Part shown: positions 1 to 10,674 of the stretch, one piece after another | How the letters are laid out: each line of letters begins with the position of its first letter | Numbering within the stretch: the first letter of the stretch is position 1 | Assembly: GCA_965263035.1 (NCBI GenBank) | Contig: OZ253580.1 | Span: forward strand, 3,488,001-3,552,000 | DNA from: Acidobacteriota bacterium | GTDB taxonomy: Bacteria; Acidobacteriota; UBA6911; RPQK01; JAJDTT01 | Direction of reading: 5' to 3' | Length of the DNA stretch: 64,000 nucleotides | Notes under the pieces: generated by a model | What the model saw: the letters and a program-made list of their open reading frames with translations, nothing else | The model's database searches: none | Told to the model about the DNA's origin: nothing | Program-made: the position numbers and the translations under genes

Positions 1-1
1 G

Positions 2-922
2 GATCTGGATCTCGACCGCCGCGTGGACGTCTACGTTGCCAACGACGGGACCCCCAACCAGTTGTGGATCAACCAGGGGGATGGGACGTTCCAGGATCAG
101 GGCCTGGTGTCCGGGACCGCCTACAACATCGACGGAGTGGCCGAGGCGGGCATGGGCGTCACGGCAGCCGATTTCGACGGCGATGGGGACGAAGACCTGT
201 TCGTGACTCACAACAAGAAGGAGACCCACACGCTCTATCTGAATGGACGGCAAAAGGGATTTGCGGACGCCACCTCCCGCTTCGGGCTGGCCAACGCGAG
301 CGTTCCCTATTCCGGTTTCGGCACCCTCTGGTTCGATTACGACAACGACGGTTGGTTGGACCTCTTCGTGGCCAACGGAGCCGTGGTCATGGACGACCGG
401 CAGCCGGCCGATTTACCCTATCCCTACGCGCAGGAGAACCAGCTCTTTCGGGGCGACGAAACCGGCCGGTCTCAGGAGATCGGATCCGACCTTGCGGGCC
501 CGGCTGTGGATCTTGTGGAGGTCAGCCGGGGAGCCGCTTTCGGGGATATCGACAACGACGGGGACGTGGACATCGCCATCGCCAACAACAACGGACCGGC
601 TCGTCTTCTGCTCAACCAGGTCGGCTCCCGGAACCATTGGCTGGGTGTTCGGCTGGAGGGTGAGAGGAGCACCCCGGCAGCCGTCTATCAAGCTAGAGTC
701 GCGTTGCTCCGAGATGGCCGTAAGCCCCTATGGCGCCGCTGCCACACCGACGGCAGCTATCTCAGCGCCAACGACAGCCGGATCATCTTCGGGCTGGGCT
801 CATCGAAGATTGTGGGCCGAGTGGAAGTTCACTGGCCCGACAGCGGGTGCGAAGCGTGGGACGGCATGGAGGTCGATCGATATGTCACCCTCCGGAGGGG
901 GACCGGCCGACCTTGCGAATAA
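2..922 (+). CDS. CRTAC1-family FG-GAP repeat / ASPIC-UnbV domain protein (5' partial)
   Basis: Repeated DxDxDGxxDL motifs ([32 protein letters not shown]) and an ASPIC/UnbV-type tail (GSYLSAND..FGLG..VHWP). The frame is open back to the window edge. Confidence 0.9.
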   Translation, partial: DLDLDRRVDVYVANDGTPNQLWINQGDGTFQDQGLVSGTAYNIDGVAEAGMGVTAADFDGDGDEDLFVTHNKKETHTLYLNGRQKGFADATSRFGLANASVPYSGFGTLWFDYDNDGWLDLFVANGAVVMDDRQPADLPYPYAQENQLFRGDETGRSQEIGSDLAGPAVDLVEVSRGAAFGDIDNDGDVDIAIANNNGPARLLLNQVGSRNHWLGVRLEGERSTPAAVYQARVALLRDGRKPLWRRCHTDGSYLSANDSRIIFGLGSSKIVGRVEVHWPDSGCEAWDGMEVDRYVTLRRGTGRPCE

Positions 923-927
923 CGACG

Positions 928-2640
928 TTATTCTTCCGTGAGGGTCACGTAGGTGTCGAGGGGTAGGTTCTCGAATCTCTGGACCCGGTTGCTGGGACTG
1001 GGCCATTGAATCTCGATCCAATCCAGCTTGTCTGCCTTGCCTAGTCCCAAAACCTCCCGAGGATCGTGGGACGCCAAATAGCTTCCCCCGCTGGTCTTCA
1101 AACGGCTCCGGACCACTCCTCCGGCGGACCACCGGATCAGTGCGCCGATGGAGTCCCGGTTACAGGTCTTGCCCACCAGTTTCAGACCGATCCAGTGATT
1201 TCCGGTCCCCCATCGGTTCCGCAATAGAATGGGCGCCTGTCCGTTGTTGGCCACCAGAACGTCGACTCTCCCGTCATTGTCGATGTCGCCTACCGTCAAC
1301 CCGCGAGCCGGATATTTCTCCGCAAAGACGGCTCCTGCCCGCTCGCTGATGTCCCGGAGCCTGCCGTCCACGTTTTCGAAGAGCAGCAGAGGCATGGCGT
1401 AGGTGACCTGGAGGGAATAGGAGGCGATCATGTCGTCGGGATGCCCGTTGGCCAGAAACAGGTCCATGTCCCCGTCCACGTCGAAGTCCAGAAACTTCAG
1501 TCCCCAGCCGCTCAGGAGCCGGGTGGACTGAGCCACTTGATTGGGATGGGAGAGATCGCGAAACAATTCATTCCGCTGATTCTGGTAAAGGGCGAACATC
1601 TCCTGGTCCACGTTGGCCACGAACAGATCCTGCCATCCGTCCTGATTGAAGTCGGCGGAATCGACCCCCATGCCGGAGCGGGCTTTCCCGTTGGCGCTGA
1701 ACCCCACCTCCGCGAGAAAACCGATCTCGTCCCACCGGTCGTTTCCCCGGTTGACGAACAGGAAGTTCTGCACCGTGTCGTTGGCGACGAAGAGGTCCAT
1801 CCTGCGGTCGTTGTCGATGTCAGTGGCGACGACGCCCAGCGCCTTGCCCAGTGACCGGCCGATGTCGCTCTTGCCCCCGACTTCGGCAAAGGTGCCGTCG
1901 CGGTTGTTTTGGAAGAGCAGGCTCGGCGTCGGTTCGAAGAAGGTGGGGATGCAGTAGTAGTTCTTGCCCAGTTGGTTGTTCCCGCACCGCACCGGGTTGT
2001 CGATCTGGTATTTGACGAAGCTGCAGACGAACAGGTCGAGCCATCCGTCGCCGTCATAGTCGAACCAGACGGCGCTGGTGGTCCACCCGGGAGCGGCCAG
2101 ACCCGAAACTCGGGTGACGTCCCGGAAGGTCCCGTCCCCCTGGTTCTCGTAGAGAATGGCGCGGCCGTAGGCGGTGACATAGAGATCGGTGTCTCCGTCG
2201 TTGTCGTAGTCGGCGGCCGCGGCCCCCATGCCGAAACTTCCCGCGGCGACGCCCGCCTTGCGGGTGACGTCGCTGAAGGTTCCGTCGCCGTTGTTCCGGT
2301 AGAGGGCATTGCTGAGCCTCTTCTCCGGTGTGAAGAAATCCGACGGTCCGTAATTGACCAGGTACAGGTCCAACCACCCGTCATTGTCGTAGTCGAAAAA
2401 GGCGCAGCCGGGTCCCAGGGTTTCCGGCAGATGCCGCATCTCCGACATGGCGTTCTCGTGCACCCAGGCGATGCCGCTGCTGGAGGGCGGGATTTTCGTG
2501 AAGAGGCCCGGTCGGGACGGATCGGTCTCGTTCCCCGCCAATCCAGGGGTCAGGAACGCCGCCAGTAAAAGGAGTGGCAATCGGGGACGGAGGGCAAGGA
2601 GGAAACCGAGGTCGCCGGTCTCGGCCTCGAAATCGGTCAT
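928..2640 (-). CDS. CRTAC1-family FG-GAP repeat / ASPIC-UnbV domain protein, secreted
   Basis: Many DxDNDGxxDL repeats and a [16 protein letters not shown] tail. Start placed at ATG 2640, which overlaps the upstream stop (ATGA) and is followed by a hydrophobic signal-like segment. Confidence 0.9.
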   Translation of the reverse strand: MTDFEAETGDLGFLLALRPRLPLLLLAAFLTPGLAGNETDPSRPGLFTKIPPSSSGIAWVHENAMSEMRHLPETLGPGCAFFDYDNDGWLDLYLVNYGPSDFFTPEKRLSNALYRNNGDGTFSDVTRKAGVAAGSFGMGAAAADYDNDGDTDLYVTAYGRAILYENQGDGTFRDVTRVSGLAAPGWTTSAVWFDYDGDGWLDLFVCSFVKYQIDNPVRCGNNQLGKNYYCIPTFFEPTPSLLFQNNRDGTFAEVGGKSDIGRSLGKALGVVATDIDNDRRMDLFVANDTVQNFLFVNRGNDRWDEIGFLAEVGFSANGKARSGMGVDSADFNQDGWQDLFVANVDQEMFALYQNQRNELFRDLSHPNQVAQSTRLLSGWGLKFLDFDVDGDMDLFLANGHPDDMIASYSLQVTYAMPLLLFENVDGRLRDISERAGAVFAEKYPARGLTVGDIDNDGRVDVLVANNGQAPILLRNRWGTGNHWIGLKLVGKTCNRDSIGALIRWSAGGVVRSRLKTSGGSYLASHDPREVLGLGKADKLDWIEIQWPSPSNRVQRFENLPLDTYVTLTEE

Positions 2641-3611
2641 GAAACTGGTTGGTTCCGTCTTCCGATCTCGGCAGCGAGTTCCTGGGCGCGTTTCAGGGAC
2701 GTCGACTTCTCCTCCAGCATGAGCCGGCGGACCTTCTGCAGCGTTTCCTTGTCCGCGTGGGTGGTCACGTAGAGCGCGCGGCTGGTGATGACGGCGTCGA
2801 TCTTCTGGGCGACCCGCCGCACGTCGGGGCCCGGCGTATGGGCGACCCAGTTGACCGTGTCTTTGACGGACTGGTAGCGGAAATCGCACGAGAGCCGGAT
2901 CCGGTCGGAGCGGTTCACCAGTCCGCGATGAGCCGTGACATGGCCGAAGAAAATGGCGTCGCCGGGATGGTAATCGGTGGTGCCCCAGGCGAATTCCGTC
3001 GAATCCAGTCCGAATCCCTTGGACCTCGCTTTCTTCGCATCGCTGGGACTGGAGCCCGCGTGTTCCAGGAATCCCATCTTGTGGGAACCGAGAGCGAGGG
3101 CCAGACCCCCGATGTCCAGATTGATGTCCATGAGCGGCAACCAGCAGGTGTAGAACCGGTCGGCCTGGTACCCGAGGTTCTTGGCACCGTCCTGGTGGGT
3201 GCCCACGCCGACATCCTCCGCCGCATCGGGATCGGGAAACATGACCCGGATGAGTCGTTGTTCCCAGACCGTGACGGCTTCGCCGATCATGCCCTCCATG
3301 ACCGCGACGATCTCCGGCGACTCCGCGAGACGGTTGAAGGAATCGAGGCGTACGATCTTGTCGTAGTACCTCATGTGTTCCGCTTCCGAAGGGTGGGGTC
3401 CCCCGCTCCACATGGGGTCCTCGCTGTCTTTCTCTTCGATGATGTGAGTTTCGTGCAGGACCCCCACGATGTCTCTCTTGACCTGCAACACCCGATGGGG
3501 ATCGAGCAGGCGCCGCAGGAGGAGATAACCGTCTTCAGCGAGGTTTTCCGAAAGGCGCTTGACGTCGCCCAGGTGCCCGGTGGAATCCCTCAGCGCTCGA
3601 TATTCCATCAT
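2637..3611 (-). CDS. Phytanoyl-CoA dioxygenase (PhyH) family Fe(II)/2-oxoglutarate oxygenase
   Basis: HxD motif (THQDG), [10 protein letters not shown], distal His (TAHRG) and RLSCDFRY. Start is ATG 3611 or 3608 after an AAGGA RBS. Confidence 0.85.
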   Translation of the reverse strand: MMEYRALRDSTGHLGDVKRLSENLAEDGYLLLRRLLDPHRVLQVKRDIVGVLHETHIIEEKDSEDPMWSGGPHPSEAEHMRYYDKIVRLDSFNRLAESPEIVAVMEGMIGEAVTVWEQRLIRVMFPDPDAAEDVGVGTHQDGAKNLGYQADRFYTCWLPLMDINLDIGGLALALGSHKMGFLEHAGSSPSDAKKARSKGFGLDSTEFAWGTTDYHPGDAIFFGHVTAHRGLVNRSDRIRLSCDFRYQSVKDTVNWVAHTPGPDVRRVAQKIDAVITSRALYVTTHADKETLQKVRRLMLEEKSTSLKRAQELAAEIGRRNQPVS

Positions 3612-3618
3612 GGCGTTG

Positions 3619-4395
3619 TCAACTTCCTTTCTCTGATCCGTGGAAGGCGTCGATTCCGGCCCGGACCGCATTCAGCATCAGGTAGTAGTCGGGACCGAAG
3701 CCCAGGAAGGTCAGGCCCTGGGCCTTCCGCAGATTCAATTCGTCAGGCGTCGTGGAACCGATCCCGATGGCGACCCCGTTCTTCTTCCCGATCTCCGCTG
3801 CGTATTCGATCACCGCGTCCGTTTCCGGAAAGGGCATCTCCATGGGATTGAAGCCCATGGAGAAACAGAGATCCCACATGCCCAGGTAGAGGGCGTCGAG
3901 GCCCGGAACGGAAGTGATCTCTTCCAGGTTCTCGACCGCTTCTCGGGTCTCCAGGAGTGCGGCGACCAGGATGTTGTCATTGGCCCGTCTGATGTAGTCG
4001 TCGGTGTCGATGGTGTACTGGCTGGCGCGCATCGGGCCCCAACCCCGGATCCCGTGCGGCGGGTAGCGGGTTGCGGCCACCAGGGCCTCGGCCTCGGCCG
4101 CGGTCCTCAACATGGGAGCGATGATCCCCAGGGCGCCCATGTCCAAGGCGCGTTGAATGAACACATGTTCATGGGAGGGGACGCGGACGATGGGTACGGT
4201 GTCCGTCCCCTTGATGGCCATGAGCAGATGCTCGATCTCGGCCGAATCCAACCCGTTGTGCTCGGTTTCGATGACCAGGAAGTCGAGGCCGACCTGAGAC
4301 AACAATTCGGCAACATTTGGACTGCCCAGCCCCATGAAGGTGCCGAGGACCGCTTCCCCGGCGTTCAGTTTTTCTTTGGTCCGGTTGGTCTGCAT
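3619..4395 (-). CDS. HpcH/HpaI class II aldolase family protein
   Basis: ETEH, IVRVP, RALDMGA, RYPPHGIRG, LLET and GxxDL motifs. Confidence 0.9.
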   Translation of the reverse strand: MQTNRTKEKLNAGEAVLGTFMGLGSPNVAELLSQVGLDFLVIETEHNGLDSAEIEHLLMAIKGTDTVPIVRVPSHEHVFIQRALDMGALGIIAPMLRTAAEAEALVAATRYPPHGIRGWGPMRASQYTIDTDDYIRRANDNILVAALLETREAVENLEEITSVPGLDALYLGMWDLCFSMGFNPMEMPFPETDAVIEYAAEIGKKNGVAIGIGSTTPDELNLRKAQGLTFLGFGPDYYLMLNAVRAGIDAFHGSEKGS

Positions 4396-4427
4396 AGCTC
4401 AATAATGGGGTCTTGTCCGCCGGGACT

Positions 4428-5402
4428 TCAATATTCCGTCCCGCTCTCGCCCAAGTCCTGCGTTCCCTCACGGGTGATGTAGGACGCCTTCGAGTCGTAG
4501 AGCCGCCGCTGGTAGTCGACGGAAGTTTCAACCGCCTTCAGAAAATTGATCTGTCTCTCCAGGGCCTCCTGCAGGCCGGGCATCGCCGCCTCTTGGCTGA
4601 TTCCGGCGTGATACGAGATTTCCGGAGGAACCAAGCCCATGTAGATGGAGAGGAATCCGTCGAAACCGATTTCCTTGAGGACGCCCAAGATCGCCGGATA
4701 GTCGGCATGGCCTTCGCCCATGAAGCAGTGATTGGTCTCGTTCATGTGCATGACCTTGATCCGGTCCCCCGCCGCCATCAGGGCGCTGGTGGTCGAGGCC
4801 TCGGAGATGTTCATGTGGTAGACGTCCGGCTGGACGCCGAGATTGGGCAGACCCAGATCGTCGATCAAGCTGATGGCGTCGAAGACGGAGGTCATGATGC
4901 CGGAATAGGCCTCATAACGGTTCAGCGGCTCGAACAGGACCGTGATGTCCCGCTCTCCCCCGTATTCACAGATCTCCCTTGTGGACTCGAGAAAATTGCT
5001 TCTCAAGACGTGCAGAGGCAGCTTCGGGAAGGGGATCTGCGGGACGGGAGTCTGGGAAGCGCAGATCTGGTAATACTTCGCCCCCAAGGCCGACGCCAAG
5101 TCGATGCAGGCCTTGCCGTAGTCGATGCCTCTACGCCGGGCTTCCACGTCGTCGCCGGCCATGTCCCTGTTTTCTCCGGCGTGATGATAAGCCCAGGCAC
5201 CCAAAATTTCGTTGACCTCGAGTCCCGTGGAATCCAGAAGCCTCCGGAACTTGTCGACATCGAGCTTTTGCGGATTGCCCGGCAGGTCGACGGCGTCGAA
5301 CCCGGCCCGCTTGATGGCTTCCAGGATCGGCTCCGGCGTCTCAAGTACGTAGTGTCCGATTCTCCCGATGGTTTCGGTGATGATGGAGTATTTGAACGAC
5401 AT
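4428..5402 (-). CDS. Sugar phosphate isomerase/epimerase (xylose isomerase-like TIM barrel)
   Basis: FEPLNRYE, DVYHMNI, MHMNETN and GEGHADY..GFDG motifs. AGGAGG RBS upstream. Confidence 0.85.
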   Translation of the reverse strand: MSFKYSIITETIGRIGHYVLETPEPILEAIKRAGFDAVDLPGNPQKLDVDKFRRLLDSTGLEVNEILGAWAYHHAGENRDMAGDDVEARRRGIDYGKACIDLASALGAKYYQICASQTPVPQIPFPKLPLHVLRSNFLESTREICEYGGERDITVLFEPLNRYEAYSGIMTSVFDAISLIDDLGLPNLGVQPDVYHMNISEASTTSALMAAGDRIKVMHMNETNHCFMGEGHADYPAILGVLKEIGFDGFLSIYMGLVPPEISYHAGISQEAAMPGLQEALERQINFLKAVETSVDYQRRLYDSKASYITREGTQDLGESGTEY

Positions 5403-5417
5403 TGGAGGACCCCTCCT

Positions 5418-6458
5418 TTAGGTGGATTTCAAGTCTACGGGCTTCCTCGTCTTCATGGACTCATAGACGGCATCGATGACCCGCATGTTGCCCAGGCTGA
5501 ACTCCGGGGAAATCCGGTGCGGCGTGTTCGTCTCGAGGCATTCCACCAAGTGGTCGAGCTGCAGGGCAAACTGATCCACGGGGGAGAAGCGGTGGACTTC
5601 ATGGTCGAAGTTGTCATGGAACACTTCGATGGTGGCGGGCAGGTCTTCCTTCTCGACGAACTCCTGTTCCCTCACGCTCCGTTGGTCGAACGGCAGGTCG
5701 GCACGGATCCACCCGGTCAAGCCCAGCACCTCCGTCGCCTGGCAGTAGCCGTACTGACAGCTCGTGGTCAGTTGGGCTGTAGCACCTCCCGGAAACTCAA
5801 GCTGGATGACGGCCGACATATCCGCGTCGGATGACTCGATAAACCGGCCCACCGCATAGGCCCGGTGGGGCTCCTCGCCGATGACGAACCGAGAGAAATG
5901 AATCAGGTAGCATGCCGTGTCGTAGACGGACCCGCCGCCCCGGCGGCGATCGTAGCGCCAGTTGTCCGGCTCGGCGAATCGAACCAGAGGGGAAGAGAAG
6001 GTGCCCTGGACCGAGACGACCGTCCCGATATGGCCGGCATCGATGATCTCCTTGATCCGGACGTGTTGCGGATCGTGCCGCCACTTGAATGCTTCCGCCA
6101 GCAAGACGCCGTTCTCGCGGGCCGCGGCGATCATCGCTGCGCACTCGGCGGCGTCGCTGGCGATGGGTTTCTCGCACAGGATGGCCCGGACGTTTCCCGA
6201 GTTGGCCGCCGCGATGCTGACGGCGGCGTGCGCAGGGCCCCAGGGGGCGACGATGGCGATATCGAGCCGTTCTTCCGACAGCAACTGGTTCAGATCCGTA
6301 TAGCGATTGGGGACCTGGAATCGGTCGCCGAAGGCGTTCAAAGCCTCGGCGGAAAGGTCGCAGGCCGCGGTCAATTCGACTTTGGGATTCCCGAGGCAGG
6401 CCACCGCATGGTCCAGTGAGATGGTTCCCGTACCGATGATTCCTGCTTTCAAGGCCAT
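5418..6458 (-). CDS. Gfo/Idh/MocA family NAD(P)-dependent oxidoreductase
   Basis: GIIGTG Rossmann start, LCEKP and GGGSVYDTACY. Confidence 0.92.
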   Translation of the reverse strand: MALKAGIIGTGTISLDHAVACLGNPKVELTAACDLSAEALNAFGDRFQVPNRYTDLNQLLSEERLDIAIVAPWGPAHAAVSIAAANSGNVRAILCEKPIASDAAECAAMIAAARENGVLLAEAFKWRHDPQHVRIKEIIDAGHIGTVVSVQGTFSSPLVRFAEPDNWRYDRRRGGGSVYDTACYLIHFSRFVIGEEPHRAYAVGRFIESSDADMSAVIQLEFPGGATAQLTTSCQYGYCQATEVLGLTGWIRADLPFDQRSVREQEFVEKEDLPATIEVFHDNFDHEVHRFSPVDQFALQLDHLVECLETNTPHRISPEFSLGNMRVIDAVYESMKTRKPVDLKST

Positions 6459-6598
6459 GGTCAGGTTCCGGCCATTCTATTGGAAAGCTCGCGCCGCCGA
6501 TAGCTGCACCGGTGCCATTGCTGGGTCGAGGACGTATACTCGCTCCCAGCAAGGATGCAGGCGTCGTTCCGTTGTCATCCAGGAGGAGGAAAACGCAA

Positions 6599-7927
6599 AT
6601 GAAGTGGTTCTCGACGATATTCGGTCTCTTGCTCGCCGTCTCCATACAGCCGGACGCTGAAGCTGGTGACAAACCGAACGTTATCTTCATTCTGGTCGAC
6701 GATATGGGATATGGCGACGTGGGTCCCTACGGCGCCACGGATCTCCAAACCCCTCACCTGGATCGCATGGCTCGGGAGGGAGTCAAGCTCACGGACAATT
6801 ACGCGGCTGCCCCTGTGTGCACGCCGACGCGCATCGCTTTTCTTACCGGGCGCTACCAACAGCGTAGTGGGATCGAATGGGCGTTCGCGGGCGCGGGGTC
6901 TCCGGGACTGTCCACGTCGGAGACATCCGTGGCCAGGATGGTGAAGAATAACGGCTATGCGACGGGACTCATGGGGAAGTGGCACGTGGGAATCACCCCC
7001 GAGACGGGACCAAATGCACACGGATTCGATGAGTTTTTTGGTTTCCTGGGTGCAAACATCGATTTCTACACCCATCGCGAGGTGATTCCAGAGAGAGGTC
7101 TTCCCGATCTCTACGAAAACGGCAAACCGGTGAAGAAAGATGGGTACATGACCGATCTCATCACCGAGGGGTCCGTCGACTTCATCGAACGCCACGCGGG
7201 CAAGCCGTTCTTCCTCTTCGTCTCCTACAACGCACCTCACTGGCCGTTCCAGCCACCGAACCGGCGCTGGGTTGCGACGGCGGAGAATCGGCTGGAAGGG
7301 ACCCGCGAGGACTACAACGGCATGGTCGAACGAATCGACGACGGGGTCGGCGAAATTTTGGATGTGCTCGATCGGAAGGGTCTGGCCGCCAACACCCTGG
7401 TCATCTTCACCAGCGACAACGGAGGCGAGCGCCTCTCGCGCACCGCACCTTTTTTCAATCACAAGGCCACATTGTGGGAGGGCGGGATTCGGGTTCCCGG
7501 CCTGGTCCGTTGGCCGAAACGCCTCCCGGCCGGCAAGACCTCAGATCAGGCGGTCATCACCATGGATTTCTCGGCCACCATCCTGGCAGCCACGGGGAGT
7601 GCGCCGCCGGAGGGACGCACCCTGGACGGAATCGACATCCTCCCCATACTGAACGGAGAGAAACCTTCACAGGAGCGCACCTTCTTCTGGCGCATCCAGT
7701 TCGTGGGCGAATGCAATCCACAGCGGCCCTACTGGCAGTGCTATGTACAGAAGGCGGTCCGCAAGGGGCACTGGAAGTACGTCTTGGACGGCGTTGAGCA
7801 GGTGGACATGTTGTTCGATCTGAGGACCGATCCGAGTGAGCGCCAGACGCTGACCTACGAGAAGCCGGAAGTCGTAGAAGAAATCAAGCGCCTGTTCGCA
7901 AACTGGGAGCAGGACGTAGACCGGTAG
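6599..7927 (+). CDS. Formylglycine-dependent sulfatase, secreted
   Basis: PNVIFILVDDMGYGD, CTPTR active-site motif, GKWH, SDNGG and EGGIRVP. Signal peptide present; AGGAGG RBS before ATG 6599. Confidence 0.93.
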   Translation: MKWFSTIFGLLLAVSIQPDAEAGDKPNVIFILVDDMGYGDVGPYGATDLQTPHLDRMAREGVKLTDNYAAAPVCTPTRIAFLTGRYQQRSGIEWAFAGAGSPGLSTSETSVARMVKNNGYATGLMGKWHVGITPETGPNAHGFDEFFGFLGANIDFYTHREVIPERGLPDLYENGKPVKKDGYMTDLITEGSVDFIERHAGKPFFLFVSYNAPHWPFQPPNRRWVATAENRLEGTREDYNGMVERIDDGVGEILDVLDRKGLAANTLVIFTSDNGGERLSRTAPFFNHKATLWEGGIRVPGLVRWPKRLPAGKTSDQAVITMDFSATILAATGSAPPEGRTLDGIDILPILNGEKPSQERTFFWRIQFVGECNPQRPYWQCYVQKAVRKGHWKYVLDGVEQVDMLFDLRTDPSERQTLTYEKPEVVEEIKRLFANWEQDVDR

Positions 7928-7992
7928 GGGCGACGGGAGCGGCGACTTTCTTGTCGCCGACAGGGGGGCAGGGGGGACGGAGTCCCCACTCC
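7924..7992. repeat. REP-like palindromic repeat cluster (GTAGGGGCG remnant plus two inverted GGAG-hairpin units)
   Basis: GGAG-CGGCGAC-TTTCTT-GTCGCCG at 7936-7959 and an inverted GGAG-TGGGGAC-TCC-GTCCCC unit at 7971-7992. Confidence 0.7.
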
Positions 7993-8018
7993 GAGTCCTC
8001 CACATCACTGAGGCAAAT

Positions 8019-9179
8019 ATGAACAGACGCCATTTCATAACATCCACGGCCGGAGCCTGGGCGGCATCCCGTCTCGCTGGCAACACCGCCAATCTCTATT
8101 CGGCCAACAAAAAATACCGTGCCGCCGTGATCGGTCACACCGGCGTGGGCGGCTACGGGCACGGTTGGGACGCCGCCTTCAATCCGTTCGACACCATCGA
8201 CGTAGTGGCCGTCGCCGACCCGGACGACACCGGCCGAAAAGAAGTCATGAGCCACACGGGAGCAAAGCAGGGCTATCGGGACTATCGCGAAATGCTCCGC
8301 AAGGAGAATCCGGATCTGGTGGCGATCTGTCCCCACGCGCTGGACCACCGCCTGGAGATGGTCACGGCCGTGGCCGAGTCCGGTGCCCATATCCTGATGG
8401 AGAAACCCTTCGCGCGCGACTTGGTGGAAGCGGACGCCATGGTGCAGGCCATCCGGAAGAGCGGCGTGAAGGTCCAGGTCGGCTTGGTGACGGCGACGCT
8501 GCCCATGACGCGGCGCGTCCTGCAGATGGTCCGGCAAGGCGAGATCGGCGTGCTTCAGGAGATTCGGGCCCGAGGCAAGGAAGACCGGCGTGCAGGCGGA
8601 GAGGATCTGATCGTGCTGGGGTGCCACCTGATGCATCTGCTGAGGATGTTTGCCGGCAACCCGCAATGGGTGTTCGCCCACGTGACGGACCACGAGTCCG
8701 AGTTGAAACCAAGCCACATCCGCGAGAAGCAGGGACCGGGAAGCATGGGATCGCTTGCGGGAGACCAGATCGCCGCCATGTTCTATCTGGGGCAGGGCGT
8801 CCACGCCTACTTCGGATCCAAGGCAAATGACGTCAAGACAGGACGGCGTTTTGGAATCTACCTCTATGGCAGCAAAGGAGTGATCTACCTGCCGACCGTT
8901 GCGGGTGCGGCGATACTTCGTTCCCCCGATTGGCACAGTGGAGCTTGGGAGACCATCGAACTGACGGCGGAAGAGCGGGCCGGATCCGGCCAGTTGGCCA
9001 CCCTCATGGTGGCCGATCTGCTCCAAGCCATCGAGGAGGATCGTGAACCGGCCGTCAACGAGATGGACGGCCGCTGGACCACCGAGATGATCTCATCCGT
9101 CTACCAGTCCCAGTTGACGGGTGCGCGGGTGAGGTTCCCGCTAAAGGATCGGAGCCATCCGCTCGAGCGAGGAGCGTGA
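8019..9179 (+). CDS. Gfo/Idh/MocA oxidoreductase with Tat signal
   Basis: MNRRHFI twin-arginine motif, LMEKP and GGEDLIVLGCH. Confidence 0.9.
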   Translation: MNRRHFITSTAGAWAASRLAGNTANLYSANKKYRAAVIGHTGVGGYGHGWDAAFNPFDTIDVVAVADPDDTGRKEVMSHTGAKQGYRDYREMLRKENPDLVAICPHALDHRLEMVTAVAESGAHILMEKPFARDLVEADAMVQAIRKSGVKVQVGLVTATLPMTRRVLQMVRQGEIGVLQEIRARGKEDRRAGGEDLIVLGCHLMHLLRMFAGNPQWVFAHVTDHESELKPSHIREKQGPGSMGSLAGDQIAAMFYLGQGVHAYFGSKANDVKTGRRFGIYLYGSKGVIYLPTVAGAAILRSPDWHSGAWETIELTAEERAGSGQLATLMVADLLQAIEEDREPAVNEMDGRWTTEMISSVYQSQLTGARVRFPLKDRSHPLERGA

Positions 9180-9241
9180 TAGGACCCGACGGCAACACTC
9201 TGGCCGCCGGCCGCTCCCGATCCTTGTTTCTCGTCGTTTTC

Positions 9242-10624
9242 CTAGAACTTCTCCGGAATCACATAAGGCGAACGGTAGTTCCGGGTCAGCATGGCGTTGG
9301 CCTCGTCATCACCGGTGTAGCGCTCGGTCCCGGGGTCGAAATCCAGGGTTCGGCCGAGCCGGTATGAAGTATTGGCCATGTGAATCAGGGCACAACTGCG
9401 ATGCCCTTCGACGATGTCGCCTTCCATGATGGAGCGGTCATTGGCGCGGATGGCCTCCACGAAATTGCGGAACATGTTGCCGCCACCGCTGCCCGAAGGG
9501 CCCGGTTCCCGTCCCTTTCCCATGAACGTCCGCCAGTTGCCCCCTCCATCGATCACCATGTAACCCTCGGAGCCGTAGAAGAGGTTGCCGATGTTGTTGC
9601 CGGCCCCTTTCCCCAATCCCCCTTCGTGATTGGTGGCCCAGTGGCGGACCTCGAACTGCATGATCTTCTTCTTGTCGCCGCCCCCCTGTTCGCTGGGGAA
9701 CTCGAAAAGAGACATCTGTGTATTGGGGGTCTCCTGATCGTCGTCGAACATGAAGTGGCCGCCCATGGATGAGATCTTGGTGGGCAAGGTGACGCCGAGT
9801 CCCCAGCGTGCGATATCCACCTGGTGGGCGCCCTGGTTGCCGATGTCTCCGTTGCCGTAATCCCAGTGCCAATGCCAGTTGTAGTGGAACCGGTTCCGGG
9901 TGAATTCACGCTTGGGCGCAGGCCCCAGCCAGAGATCGTAGTGGACGCCCGCGGGAACCGGCTCGGGTCCCTTGCGTTTGATGGTATTGCGCCACTTGTA
10001 GCACATCCCCTTCGCCAGGTAGACCTCGCCGAGTCCGCCCTCGTGCAGGAACTTCATGGCGGCTTTGTAGCCTTCGAAGGTCCGGCGCTCCGCGTGGTGC
10101 TGAATCAAACGGTCGTATCTCTTGGCCGCCTTGATCAGCTGCTGCCCTTCGAAATAGTTGTGGGTTCCCGGTTTTTCCAGGGTGGCGTGCTTGCCGGCCT
10201 GAACCGCCCAGAATCCGGCCAGGGCATGCCAGTGATTCGGCGTCGCCACGCTGATGGCGTCAATGGTGGGATCGTCCAGCACGCGGCGCAGGTCGTAATA
10301 GGTCGCGGGCCGCGGCAGGCCCATTTCTTCCATCTCCTTCACCCGCTTGGCGCTGATGTTCTCGTCCACGTCGCAGAGGGCCGCGACCTCGACGTTTTCG
10401 AGTCCTGCGTAGCCATTGACGTGGCCCCATCCCATCCCGCGGAGACCCACCACGGCGACTCGCACCCGGTCGTTCGCGTCCTTGATCTTGGCATAGCTCG
10501 CCGCGTTGAATCCCAACGACAATCCGGCTCCGACCGTTCCGGCCGCCACCGATCTCACGAAGGTCCGGCGTGACTCCGTCGAGTCCTGGCCAGTGTGGAC
10601 ATGGTTGCTGTTTTTCGTCGACAT
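9242..10624 (-). CDS. Gfo/Idh/MocA oxidoreductase with Tat signal
   Basis: SRRTFV Tat motif, VVGLRGMG, ATPNHWH, LEKP, DLWLGPAP and GDIGNQGAHQVD. Confidence 0.92.
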   Translation of the reverse strand: MSTKNSNHVHTGQDSTESRRTFVRSVAAGTVGAGLSLGFNAASYAKIKDANDRVRVAVVGLRGMGWGHVNGYAGLENVEVAALCDVDENISAKRVKEMEEMGLPRPATYYDLRRVLDDPTIDAISVATPNHWHALAGFWAVQAGKHATLEKPGTHNYFEGQQLIKAAKRYDRLIQHHAERRTFEGYKAAMKFLHEGGLGEVYLAKGMCYKWRNTIKRKGPEPVPAGVHYDLWLGPAPKREFTRNRFHYNWHWHWDYGNGDIGNQGAHQVDIARWGLGVTLPTKISSMGGHFMFDDDQETPNTQMSLFEFPSEQGGGDKKKIMQFEVRHWATNHEGGLGKGAGNNIGNLFYGSEGYMVIDGGGNWRTFMGKGREPGPSGSGGGNMFRNFVEAIRANDRSIMEGDIVEGHRSCALIHMANTSYRLGRTLDFDPGTERYTGDDEANAMLTRNYRSPYVIPEKF

Positions 10625-10674
10625 AGGTTCTTCCTCGTTTTACGGTCCTGTAAACACCCAATTTATCGGCATGG

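Noticed and set aside
2641-3411. Apparent N-terminal extension making an 827-aa CRTAC1 protein
   Set aside because: Overlaps the PhyH gene in another frame and is R/G/P-rich. The coupled ATG at 2640 precedes a signal-like segment.
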